Assembly: GCA_051294905.1 (NCBI GenBank)
Contig: CM119371.1
Location: 25,360,001 to 25,424,000 of the forward strand
Source of the DNA: Botryllus schlosseri
Lineage: Eukaryota
DNA length: 64,000 bases
Reading direction: 5' to 3'
Numbering within the stretch: position 1 is the first letter of the stretch; every line of letters starts with the position of its first letter. The position numbers and the translations under genes are program-made. The notes below the pieces were generated by a model. The model was not told the origin of the DNA. It searched no databases and saw only the letters and a program-made list of their open reading frames with translations. This document shows, piece by piece, positions 37,663 to 50,543 of this stretch.

Positions 37663-39400
37663 CTGAGAGGGTCTCGGAGACGAAAAACCCAGAAGCTGGG
37701 GCTTGGTCAGAAAAATATCTATCGACCGTAATACACCTGGCGGTTAAGAGGTTGTTACAATCCGTAATAATTTATTCGTTGTTATACCGTAAAAGCACAT
37801 CAAGATGTTGAAATGCACATTTGTTGATAGTAGCGTTAGCCTATGCTTCGTTATTATATTTCCAATAACCAATGTTTATTGCGTACTTAAAATTTGATAA
37901 AGAGCTTATGTTATCTGCATGCAATATTTGACAAAATGTTTGGTGGTATAGTATAGTCAGAGGTAATGCTAGTCTAATTCACTACGGGAGAATACGTCCA
38001 AATCCCCAGTTTACAAAACGTGTGTAGTGGATTTCACCTTTAAGTCAACATTAGCTAATTCGCCCACTTCAAAGAGCTTTTGATTATTTCCTTCTACGGA
38101 AATTGTTCAAATACAATATGAAACAGTATGACCTCTTGAATTATCAATCCACGTTACCTTACACGTCAGGGGAATGTTTGCTCAAAAGTGAGGTTTTTGA
38201 AATTTGTTCATAGCTTTCGATTAAAATTTCCCAATTATGCTGCCGACGCCAGGTATGATACTTGACTGTCATAGATAATCGGAACACCGGTTACCTACGA
38301 AATTGCACCGGAATATTTCAGACAGATCACATACTATGCCATGAGTAATAAGATAAATTTAAACTTTTTCTATACATACGCGATATACGATGATTCAGTG
38401 TATAACATGATCTTAATAATTCCACACAAAATATTAGAACTGTGTGTGACGTTCTAAAACTTCGCAATCAATCGTTTCTGCATTGAACACTAGCTTAAAA
38501 CACATCAAAAATCATATCTGAATGATTCCTCAAATAATCCTACCTAAATATAGCCGGACTGGCTCAGTGAAACCGAAACTCCAGCATCAGATGGAAATCT
38601 TGAGAAAATAGCTTACCCCTTGCCATTATAAATAAATTAAATACAAATAAATGAGAAGGCATAAATCAAATCCGGCCACTTCTGGCAACGCGCTAATATT
38701 GAAGTATGTAGGGCCTGCGCAAGATCTAATGGTTCGCGATTCCAGACGCATTTATTTCAAATTCATACCTAACAAAGGCGTAAACATCTCCCTTTGCTTT
38801 GAGGATGTGACCATTGATAAAAATTAATCAGTGATCAAGTTACAATACATTGAACAAGGGTAGGGATTTTGTGGGACATGAATTCGAGTTTTCCACAAAG
38901 CACTATACTATTCACAAAATCGTTTAGAAACCAAGCAAGACGCATAGACGCATAGCTTGCATTTTACCAATAACAATGGACCATTGCAGTGGCATTGACC
39001 AGCTACGGAACCTATGCGAATTAGCACAATACATGGCTTGATATTCCAGATGTCAAACTATTGAAAGAACGGAAGAAGTGTTATAGTACAATACACGGAT
39101 GCTATATTTCCAAACAGTAACATTCGTGAATGCAATCTACAGACTATGCACCAACTTCTCATTGATTTCATGAAGCTAGTATCTTTAGTTTGAATTTGAC
39201 CAAGAGTCCCTATATTTGCTACAGATATGGGCCAACAGCTAAAACAAATACAATTTATATTTAGTAACTTAACGATCCACTTTGGTCTATTCAACCCTAT
39301 AATTATATTGATTTTAATAGGAAATCAGCGTGATATATTTTACATGCTGTAACATAAACGAACATGGACAATGTATCGTAATCTAACCAGCATGAAAAAA

Positions 39401-39650
39401 GTGGCGAGATGGCGAAGTGGTATGATCTACAGTTGCAGAACCGATGGGTTAGGGGTCCGACTAAGGTCTACTCCCTAATTCCTAGCTTGTGTAGGTTTAT
39501 CTAGGCTCCTCCTCGCCGTCTTATCCGCGTCTGTGGCGTGTTATGAAATGCCTAGCACATACAGAATCATATTTAAAAATATCGGCCTGCTGTAATAGCC
39601 ATTGTAGTAGAAAACGCAGTAATTACCATTAAAAACAACAGGAACCACAC
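39401..39650 (+). mobile_element. tRNA-derived SINE copy
   Basis: A-box-like TGGCGAAGTGG, degenerate B box, family body and A/C-rich tail. Confidence 0.7.
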
Positions 39651-40700
39651 CAAGCATTAACTGATATTGTTAATTTATCTACTTGAAGCTTTATAATACA
39701 GACTGTCATCGGTGACGAACTAACAGTTACGATTGCGAACCGCGACCTCTTCTACGTAAGCCACAGGACGCCACGTATCACCACAATTACAGTTACATAC
39801 AGATCGTAGGTAATTCCCTGAAGGAAATGAGGGCCAAGGTTGGCGTATCATCAAGAATCGTATGAGTAAGATGTGTGTCTTGACCTGCGGCAAACTGGCA
39901 GCACTTTTCATGGGATCACACAAAAAATCATATTTGAAATTTCCAAGTCAGCTTTACTTTCTTTTTTGCATTGTAATATAAGTGTTACTTGTGTACTCGA
40001 GTTTTTTACTCGGGTGGAATTCGAACATACCAGGTACTCGATCTGGTCCAGGCCTAATTATGACATTAAATCAAACCAAATTGGTAAATATTCACGGTAG
40101 TTATTTACAAACCAGAGCTAAATCGACGAAAGTAGTACTATATAGTTTGAAATTTTTAGATAAAAGCGTTGACATAAATAAGGGTTGGTGATCAAAATAC
40201 TTATCTGCGCTAGATTCACAACTACTAAACCGTTGTGTCTTCGATGAGTAAAATAATGGTATTTGGTAAAATGTTCATTTCGAATCTTCAGTTCTGTTTT
40301 CCAGTGCTACGCTGTTCATCAAGTTTTCATAAAATACATTTTCGCATGGGGCATATGCGCATGAGGCATATGCATTTACGCTGGTATCTGATTTCTATAG
40401 AACTATTAATTAGTGGCAATCGCTATTTCCTCGTGTGACTTGCTTTTATGCGTAATCGAGTGTTCCGCGATCTGCCCCAACTAATGTCTATCTGTTATCT
40501 GAAATCAATCATATTTACGAGCGATGGCAGTTGCTTGGGTTCAGCAGCATTGGATTCGCATTGGAGCTTCGTTGTATTAAATAACAATTTCCTACAACGG
40601 CATACAGATACAACTAAACAATAGAACGTATGGCTCGTGATATCTAAGGGATGAATAGAATTTCCTATGCGTTGCTGTTGTTACTGTTCGTGGTATTCAT

Positions 40701-43700
40701 CAGGGCATGGTATGGTATGGAATGGGAATTTTCCATACTCCATACCCGCTCAATCGCTCCATACCATACTTGACAATTTTCCATACCAAAGCAACATTCT
40801 TCCATATCATATTTGATACTTTTTTCATGCTTTCGCAACTAGCCCAATTTCTCAAGTGATATTCTATTTTGATGTGTAGAAATGTTCCGACGTTTATATT
40901 CTGATTATTTTGGATGAAATTATTGACTTAAACAGGCCTGATGCACCAAACCAATAGTATCCTCCGTTTACTTATATCATATGTCGGCAGCGATGTAGGT
41001 TGCCTAATCATCGAAGACAGGACATATAGCCTAATATATACACAGGATTATTTGGGAACCACAACAGAATCTTACGACATGTAAATCTAGTGTGGTAACG
41101 CACTGCTAGCTGTAACATAATCTACAACATTACATGAAACAAAGATATCGTCAAAATATAAAATAGGTTCCAAATCTGTTATCTTCGCTCAACACAGCCG
41201 GAAATCGATATTTCAGCCGTTTAAAGTCGCTCCTCTAATAAAATTTGGTAAGTCTTTGGTTTGTAAAGACTTTGCTATTGGTGAAAGTTAAGACCCGCAG
41301 AATTGCAGAGCACGCAATAAGATTAATGAGCAATGAACTGGTATCCGTAAGCGCAATATTGCGCCTCCGTAAAATGTGTATGTCAGGTAAGCCGACACAA
41401 AAATGGTATGGGTTTCCAATTTTTCCAAATGTACAAAGGTAGCATCAATTTACTTGTGTAAATGCCGAATATAATGCATGGGTCAGATAAACTTCCTGGT
41501 ATTGACGAACTTATGCTTATGGTAGATATAAGCCGCCATAAGTTACACTTTCGCACGCAACTATATCTCGAACAGAAAAAATGTGATATTTCATCAATAA
41601 CTAGTCCGGCTATGCTATCAATTAGCGATTACACGATCTCCCGTGAATACATGTTCATAACCATATGAATTCTTATCATCATGAATCAGGTGATTTCATC
41701 CACACCATTTCGCATACGAATGAATATCAACATAAATGAGGGAGATCGCGTACCGCTGTCCAAAATGAATTCCCGCTTTTCGTCGAACAAGCCATATTTA
41801 CGCTATATTTTCAATTGTCAATGCAAAGCCAATGTAACGTCAAAATTTAAGATTCGTGACGTCATGGCTACAAGAACCAATGAAAAACAATGAAAGCATG
41901 TTTTAAACAACGGTATTAGATTCAAATGCAATCCTACACTATTTTACTTACTCGAATGGTTACGTTTTTGAATATTTTCATTTTACTGCTCATTTTTTCG
42001 ACTTCGAATTTTGCACAGTAGAGAATTGTTTTGTGATATGCTTCCATTACGGTTTTGAGTAAAATTGTCATATAGACTGGACGAAATGCATTCAAGTAAG
42101 TAGGTTGACAATATTCTGTGATGAGACACACTTTAATCGATTTGGATATGACCGCGGATATCCGTGCGGTCATATATATAAGATTTGCCTGTAACAAGCT
42201 ACCGTGTAATGTATTTTCAAAAATTGCATAATTTCGTTCATTCACATCTCATTTTGCGTTGGTTACGAAGATGCACCCTGCAGTTACATTTGGTTAACTC
42301 CTAGAAGTTTCCGAACCCTCCATCAACTCTACATTTACAACCTTCCTATTTGATTACTTTTCTGATCTTCATTCTCGACATGCACTTGATATAGTCGTTA
42401 TCGAGACTTCTACTTGTATATGAGTGTAATTGAGCGCCAGTTCTACTTCTTCGTGATTACAAACGACCACTACTTTGAACACGTCTGGCCGTAGGGCGCC
42501 AATAGATGACAGATACTGAAACGTGGCGCTGGTCCTAGCTGCAATAGGGAAAGATGATTCTTTGCATCACATAAGCTCGGATTTTTATGTTATTGAAAAT
42601 ATGTATCAGCATGAACGCAGCTTTCTGCACCTTACGCATTGCCCACGTAGGAATGCAATTCGTGGCTCATGACCTATAGATTGAGTACATGCATTCCGTA
42701 TCAGAGCGTATGCATTCACAACAGCCCTTACTAAGATAGAACACGGATATATCATGTCGTCGAATAGATGTGATGCTGAAAATATATTCGTCTCGGAATG
42801 TAGCAGCTTGAAAGAAGCTCACTGCACCGTCCATATTGATCATGTTGAAATACAGTTTGTAACTCCGGATTAGCTTGGGAATGCACACTTGCATCCTCTT
42901 TGCAGTGATAATATCCTGCGATGAGACAAGGTTTATTTCAGTTGTATATGACTGTGGGTGCAGATTAGATTATATCTTGAAATATTATTTTTCTACAATC
43001 ATTTTGCGACGGCTGGTCAAATGTCCATTTTCCCAGCCAATCTGTGTATCCCACTCATTATCTTCATTAGCCAACATCAGGGTGTTCACTGTCCATGATG
43101 ACAGAGATAACCAGATTTCCTGAAGATGTACCGCGTGTTGCAGGCCGGCATGCCATAACGTCGCTCCAAGACGAGCTATATATTTTTGAAATACAATGAT
43201 GGTCATGTCCAATTGATGTTGCGTGGTAACAATCCTCCAAAAGCGCAGAAAATTATTCCGAAGTTCAACAAATTGGTAATAATGTTCATATAACTTCTAC
43301 ATTCTCAGAGTCTACGATGATAAAACTCTATTGGTTGTGTACGTAGTGGAAGTACGATAAGCGAAACATAGTTTGTAACGCGATAGCGGTCGAATGGCAT
43401 TCGTTTTTATTGGAATAATGATGATTAATATTATTATCAATTATATGAGCTCGTTGCGCAACTTTGTTGTGTTCAAATAGATGACGGCCAGGATGGGTGA
43501 GTCATAAATCACAATTGGAGATTTGAACATTGAACATAGACTGTGAGCGATTTTCTTTGGTATGCAATAAATTTGACAAATCGAAAGTAGGATCATTGTC
43601 ATGGTTCTGGCAAAACTGTCAATATATGGAAAAAGTATGGAAGTTTGAAAAAAACGTTCCATACCATACTTAGGAAACTTCCATACCATACCATACCATA

Positions 43701-43756
43701 CTTGCACTCTTCCATATTCCATACCATACCATACTTCCATACCATATCATGCCCTG
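40701..43756 (+). mobile_element. Degenerate hAT element (DUF659-type transposase relic) inserted into a SINE
   Basis: TIRs CAGGGCATG(G/A)TATGGTATGG with CCATA arrays; partial TSD GTATT; frameshifted TII-CDGWSNVH first-Asp motif at about 42995-43030. It separates a SINE tail (about 40670-40700) from its body (43757 onward). Confidence 0.75.
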
Positions 43757-44015
43757 GTATTATTGGCGTTTGACGACTACTATGGTAATTTCCAGCAGAC
43801 CAATTCCCTTCATTTTTTATTCTATAGCTTCCGACTTCTAGCACGGCCCACTTCTAGGCTTATTCCAACATACATAATACACGGATGACATGGCGAGGAG
43901 AAGCCTAGATAAACCTTTAACACTTAGGTTGGAACTCTTAGAGTCGACCTCGATCGGACTCGAACCTGTAACCGATTGGCGTTGCAGCTGTGGATTATAC
44001 CATTACGCTATCTTC
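43757..44015 (-). mobile_element. tRNA-derived SINE (best-preserved copy)
   Basis: On the minus strand: A box TAGCGTAATGG and B box GGTTCGAGTCC, then the family body. Confidence 0.8.
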
Positions 44016-46546
44016 ATATCATTATACAACTACGCTTCAGATGTGGCAATCAATTGTAGCAGGGGTGTCCACTGTCCAAACTGCGACTCTTTGAGCCTTT
44101 GATTACGGCTCATTAATGACTGCACATGGATATCCCCATATTTCTGAGAAGTGGAATCTGAATATGAGACAATCCGTCATATCATGCATTAACAGTAGGC
44201 GTACTGTATCCGTATTGTTTCTTACCTTACCGTTTACAAAGGGATAGAAAAATTACTGGACGCCGGCTATACGGGTCGTCATTGAGCTATTGTACTGTCT
44301 AATCGAGATCACGTAAGCATTCATACGTGAATGTGGAACATAATGATGTACAGGGAACTTAAAGGTCAACTATATCGGCGAAAACAACTTTGGCTATTTC
44401 TATCGAGTTTTTCTTGCTGATTCCAACAAGGCATATCTTACCTCCCAAAACTAATTAGTTTCTGAGATATGAAGCCGCAAAGATGGCAAAATCCCACCAC
44501 CTGCAAAACGCTGGTAAAATCAGTGAGCCGTATCGATGACGTCAGCACCATGATGATTCCTGGCGGCGTGACTGTACTGTACTGGTATAATGTCAACATC
44601 TGAAGTTGTGGATGTGGAGGCTATGGACTGAACTTATAGCGACATACGATCATACCTGAATCCATCTCCACTGCATAAACTAGATTCATAGTTTTTACAC
44701 CGTCGATCAATTCGCATGCATTCTGACAGCTGCATTCGTCTATCATTATTGTACACAATAAAATGATCCGATTGACAAGATTTTACTTGATACTAATGCA
44801 GATAGATTTTACTTGATACTAATGCAGATAGAATATCAATGATCATCTCGTATTAGTAAGAAATTTGCGAAAAATCCTGGCAAATAATGCTGATTCTGAT
44901 GCTCTGAGGATTGGACAGTATCTTCATTGGTTCTATGCGCCAGAATGATTTCCTCTTCCATGACGGTCTACCTGACTGAAATAACAATTTAATATCAGCA
45001 AATTCAATCCCCATGTACAATCAAGAACATTTTGTAACGCAGCAAAACTCAAAATAATAATTACGTATTGCGATCCTGTATCTTCATCTGCTGTACCGGC
45101 TTCTCTGCTCCCTGATGGCTTGCTCCCGCGGCAATCTTACTCGTGCAGCAGCAAGTGGAGGGGGATCTGGTCTTACCTCCTGATCAGTGATTGAATGTCG
45201 GACACGCCTCCAAACCTCTTTCTGCACATTTGTACAGTATCCTTTGTGGTATAAAAAAGTGTTATCACAATGTGCTTTCGAGCAATCAAAGACTGTAGCG
45301 GCTTACTGTATGTAGCATCCGTCAGCACTTTTTTATCTGACACCCTTCCTTGTATTTGACATACTTCACCGCAAAAAGCTGTTCTCCTGACCTGCTTCTT
45401 TTGTGATCCCTGCAGCTATTCTCATTAAAATGCAGAACAGCTAGTCGCATCCTAAAGAGGTGGTGGTTCATTTGGACGGATATTCGATTGAAACAGAACT
45501 GCATAGGCCTACTTGCCTTGCACGCTGACTTCTGTATCTGTAATGATATAGCTTGGGAGCAAAGTGATTCAGAAGGGCGTTGAAGGTTTCATTTCCCGAA
45601 GTGTTGCTTGAGCCAGACAACTGCTTGATGTCATTCATCATACGTCTAGAATAAATCACATCATGCAGCTTCTGGTATTGAATTGATTCTGAAACAATAG
45701 ATTTGATCATTCACATATTAGCAGCATTCTGCTTTGGTTGAGCATCATTCCGCTTGTATTCAAATAATAAGTGGTGCCATCATTGAATTATTTTTGCATA
45801 CCTTCACTGAACCATTGCCGTGGAATAGTCAACTCCCCATGTTCACAAGCAGGAAAATGTGTGTTCTCTGGGTGAACATGTTGGTTGGTGATGTGGTTAC
45901 CAACAGCCTTCCAAACTTCGGTGTTAACCTCTCCATTTCCATCCCCTCGCCTTGCACAGAAGTAAAGTTGTGCAGTCAAGGCCTTTTGCCACAGTGCAAT
46001 AAGCTTACAGTCCTTCCTCTTTGACAAGGCAGATAATTTCTTTTTCAATCCTGAAACAGCGTGCGACTATGTCACTATAGCTGATGTCGTCACATTGAGC
46101 ACGAAAATAAGGAAAGATGAATGAACATGATACCCTTTGCAATGTGCCAAGTGTCAAAAGAATGCTTGACTTCTGGACATTCATCACGGAGGTACTTTCG
46201 GATCTGTGGATGTCTATCAGTCACAAGCTCTTTTACTGTAGCGGATTGCATTACTGAAGCTAGACAACGCCGCAGACCTTCCTTCTCCATGTACGAACTT
46301 CCTCCAGTTTCGTTGAACTTGGAAAATACAACTGTGCTTTATAAATTTTTAACAGTGCAATATATGCTAAACATACATACCTGAACCAACTCACAACATA
46401 GAATACTCTTCGTGGTTGTGTCCATCAAAGAGTAAACCATATATTTGGCAGAGTGCCCCGGACTGTCAGCTCTTAAAACACACCATGATTTGGACAGATT
46501 TCCATGCCTAATAAACAAGGTTAGGTATGATAAAAAGCATCTAACC

Positions 46547-48530
46547 TAGGGTTGCCATACGTCCGGAATTTCCCGGACATGTCCGGAATTTCACTGAAAA
46601 ATCTGCGTCCGGGAGGAATTTCTGAAATATGCCTGAATGTCCGGAATTTTGAAGGCTTGAAGCAGGCTCAAAAGTTTTTCATAAATCAACATAAACAATA
46701 TTATTTTAAAGCAGATTTATGCTATTCAAAATTGTTCTTCGCGCCGCGTGCGAGTTCATGCAACGTATAATGATATTAGGATGGGAACCAGGCATCACTC
46801 TCGCCAAAAAATGCAAAATAAAATATAAATAATCATCATTTACTGAAATAAGTCTGATTGTAATCGCAATTATAAGCTAACGGACAACGGTATATTCCTA
46901 GAGTTGGTTGGCCGATTGGATGTTTGAGTCACAGACAGTGGTTCCAAATGTTGGGGTCGTTTGCCTTTATCTGGGGATCGCGATGATGTTGGACGTACCG
47001 TAATCAGCTTCCTAGGCCGTGAGTAGGTTTGAGCAAGCTGATTTTTTTTTAGTAATCAGCTTATCAAGTTTTGAGCTTAGCCACGGAACATTTTCAAGTG
47101 GTAAATGAGGTCACGACCATAAAAGGTTGGAGATCACTGGATGTGCAGCCTGCTGGTGCATTTTAAAGTAGCCTAATATATGGAAGAATCAATATTATTG
47201 ACAGAATTGATATACATAAAATTTAACAGTCACATGCATATAGTAAGTGGCCAGCAAGTTACATCGACTACCCTATGGCGGGCCCAAGATCAGTGCTTTT
47301 TTGGGTGGAAGGGGGCAGAAAAAATGTTGTTTCGGACCTGATTAAAACACAAACAGAGAGCCGCACCGACCTAACAGTATAGCAGGACTGTCAAACACAA
47401 TCCTGACAGGCCAGCCACGGCCCGCCAGATGATTTCATCCGGCCCGTGGACGAATCCATTGCAGACCTTAGCAAATAGCAATCACCAGAGCTCACATTAC
47501 AGATGGCCCTATGTTCCACTCCATTCCTGTATAGTGTATACCTTGGCGGCCAACCCGTGGCGCGCGGGCCAAATGTGGCTAACGAGAAGGGTTTGGTTGG
47601 CCCGCGACGTAATTCTCGAAATTAGTTATACCACAAAAAATCAATTAGCCGGATAATTTATTGTGAACTGGCAAGGCCAATTAAAAATTTGATTAACCTG
47701 ACCACGGAATGTATGATGATGATGACTAAAATATCGGTTCTGACGCATTGGCGTAGATAGGGGCCAGCCACCTTTTCCGTAGATCTTCGTACATGACCAA
47801 GCAGTATAATATTTCGTGGCCGATTTATCTGACTTGATATTTTTCTTAGAACTTCTCGCGATTTATTGTCACTCAATTTCTTTTTACTATTGCTACCCCC
47901 ATGCAAATTAAAATACGCCTAATTTACAGAATTGAGTCTGACTGTATTCGAAATTATGAGAGAAGGTGTCGTCCAACATGTTCTAGTCTGCAATGGCAGG
48001 AAGATCGCTGGCGATAAAACCTCTGCGCAAAATGTTAGACGCATATTTTCCGAAGCCATAAAATATTCGATATTAATATGCCCAAGAACCGATTTATCAG
48101 GTCCTTGCCAAATGAGCCTAGCGGTATATAGATTCGACCCACAATATATGCAATAACAATATTATAGACCGAATACGTTCATAAACTTTCAGAAATTTTC
48201 GCAGCGGTTGGGACCTGAGTGCACTGCACACTGACTTTTCGTGACACAATTGTAATCGATTTTGGCGCGTAGTAATATAAGTATTGTTTTCGCCGTTACC
48301 TTACAAATGTTTCTTAACATCAAGTGGTCCGCGCAATGGTTCGTAAATCTAATGTGACCCTTTGGCCCAAAAGGTTGGCCGCCCAAGGTGTATACACTAT
48401 ACAGTCGATGGTCAATGCTTTGATATTTTGACGTCATATTGACGGTCAATGTGTCACACCTTATTTTAAAATCCGCTAGTGGGCGCTAAAGAGTGTCCGG
48501 AATTTGCTTCGCAAAAATATGGTAACCCTA
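46547..48530. mobile_element. hAT element (TCCGGA repeats) inserted in Kolobok intron 4, itself containing nested MITEs
   Basis: TIRs TAGGGTT(G/A)CCATA, perfect TSD ATCTAACC; nested elements at about 46936-47139 and 47541-48388. Confidence 0.92.
47541..48388. mobile_element. Nested hAT-Charlie-like MITE
   Basis: TIRs CCTTGG(G)CGGCCAACC; internal sequence colinear with about 58715-59488. Confidence 0.8.
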
Positions 48531-50543
48531 ATCTAACCTTCCGTCACCCGAAAGGGTTAATGAGTGTCCTGCCACCCTTGCCATACATGCTGCCTTCTCT
48601 TCGTCATAAATATAATCTACTGATGGAATTATGAAAGTTTTTTGATGTTGCATGTATGCAGCATAGGAGATAACATGCATTCCCATGAACTTGAACATCT
48701 TCAAAGCCTTTGCAGGGGAAGATCCACTCATGAATATCGCATTACTTATTGCAATATTTCCTTCACTGGTTCCTCTGCTCAGTTGCTCCTGATTTTTCCA
48801 AACTCGTTTAAATTTGCAAGTATCATTGTCACATAGCTGATGAATAGTCAATAAGCTGCCAGAACAGTTCTCCCGGAGCGAAGCTTCTGAGCTACAGACT
48901 GGGCACTGTGAAAATAGATTAACCAGCTTCTTCTTTTCTACCATGACAAACGTCAGCTGAACATCTTCATCCTCAGAAAGCCTATAACAGAAATTCATCT
49001 TGTGATTCGAAACGCTACTTCAACATTTTAAATGACTTACTCAGAAGTTTCATCACTTTCAGGCAGGTAATCATCGACTTCTGATTCACTATCAGAATTG
49101 CTACCGCTGCTGATGTACTGACTGGAAGTCAAGAAACTTTTACCGAACTGACTGGAGAAATTCGACATAGGTGGGGTTGCTGTAACTCCTAGAAAACTAA
49201 TACGTGAGGTTCTGCTAAAACTTCAACAAGCAATTATTTATACCCTTGCTCCTAAAATGAATGGACTGGACAGCATGTGTTTGACAACTTCTATCTAGCA
49301 TCACAGGAGCTGAGCATATTTGACTGGACTCGCATAACATCGGGAATGATGTAGAGCATCCAGGTGCATCCTCATCTGTTTGTCCAACACTTTCTGGAAA
49401 CGTGGAGACCTGCATTGAGCGCAATGAGTTTTCTTCCTGTTCAAGGTGCTTAAATAGATAATGAATGTCCAGTCTCAAGTCATATCAAAGACGGTTTCTC
49501 TAGCTAAATATTGCAGATCATACCATAAACATGTAGTACACCAAGTTATTACCTTGTCATCAGTGCCTGTGTCCATGGTCGTTGCTGCACGTTTTCTTGC
49601 TCTGTCTAGTTTTTGAACTGCAGATGCTACTTTGGGCTTTTTTGGTTCCCTGTCATGACTTCTGTTATAGAATTTCATTGGAACGGCATCTGGCTTCAAT
49701 AATCCCACTCGACAGTGAAACCCTAATGATGCTTTCACCTTATTTACGGGAAGGTATTGGTCCTCGTCAAAGTGATCAGAACATAAAACACAACCGTGAT
49801 ATGCAGGAGGAGATTTCGGCGGCGGCCCTTTCCAATTATCGCGTGTCCTTCTGACCATTCTCACCCACGTCTCATGGCGTTCTTTATCTTTTTTAACATC
49901 GGGGAACGTGTGGAAAGACACTTTCGGTAGACTGTATTGGCTATTTGAGCAGCCCTATGCAACGCACCTCCGTCCACCAAGATTGAATTTCCGTTTTTTT
50001 CCCCTATAACTCCCTCTACATTACCCATGGTAAATTAAATGAAGCTAAAGTAACATAAAATGAGGATTGAATAGCCAAGTCGAACCTAACGAAATAATTA
50101 AACGCATAATAAATCATCCGATATCTGTTGAGCAGCTTATCTCTGGCTTCCACTTCTGCAAAACATCATGCTGGCTACGTCACTCGTCATGGTTGATGAT
50201 TTTACAACCGTTTCTCAGCAGTTGACTGTTTTAACTACGATATCTCAGAAAATACTTAATTTTAGAAGGTAAGATGCACATTATTGGAATCAGCAGAATA
50301 AACTCTATAGAATTAGCCAAAGTTGTTTTCGTCGATATAGTTGACCTTTAATACTTAATCCCGGTAGCATGTTACATTACCTGCGGACGGACAATAGTGC
50401 ATACGGTAGCACACATGAAAGAATATATATAAATTCTTAATGAGTTGCGAGCTCATGCCTCAAACTCAAACAAACTCAAACAAACTCAAACTCAAACTCA
50501 AACATATGAAAGAATATATATAAATTCTTAATGAGTTGCGAGC

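Larger units (their letters stand above)
45084..50028 (-). pseudogene. Kolobok THAP-DDE transposase, 10 exons, about 755 aa when corrected, three lesions
   Basis: Exons 50028-49553, 49448(or 49436)-49244, 49188-49041, 48981-48538, 46471-46381, 46317-46134, 46050-45802, 45688-45517, 45451-45307 and 45241-45084 join in frame. Lesions are a TAG in THAP (CVA*GCSN, 49955-49957) and one missing A in runs near 49997 and 45331. Confidence 0.85.
44363..50347 (-). mobile_element. Kolobok DNA transposon
   Basis: TTAA TSD at 44359-44362 and 50348-50351; about 105-bp imperfect TIRs starting AGGTCAACTATATCG; THAP plus DDE transposase with GDGRADSPGHSAKY, MEKEGL, VTDRH, FDTWH, NETFN and LAVLHFNEN motifs. 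Confidence 0.9.

Noticed and set aside
42400..43130. Apparent minus-strand exons with GTAAGG donors
   Set aside because: Phases do not join into a consistent frame. The region lies inside hAT TIRs and has a plus-strand DGWS transposase motif.
43940..44015. tRNA gene
   Set aside because: A and B boxes are present, but I cannot form a complete cloverleaf and it continues into a repeated SINE body.
44363..50347. piggyBac assignment from the TTAA TSD
   Set aside because: Termini begin AGG rather than CC(C/T), and the THAP plus GDGR.DSPG/TDRH/DxWH motifs fit Kolobok.
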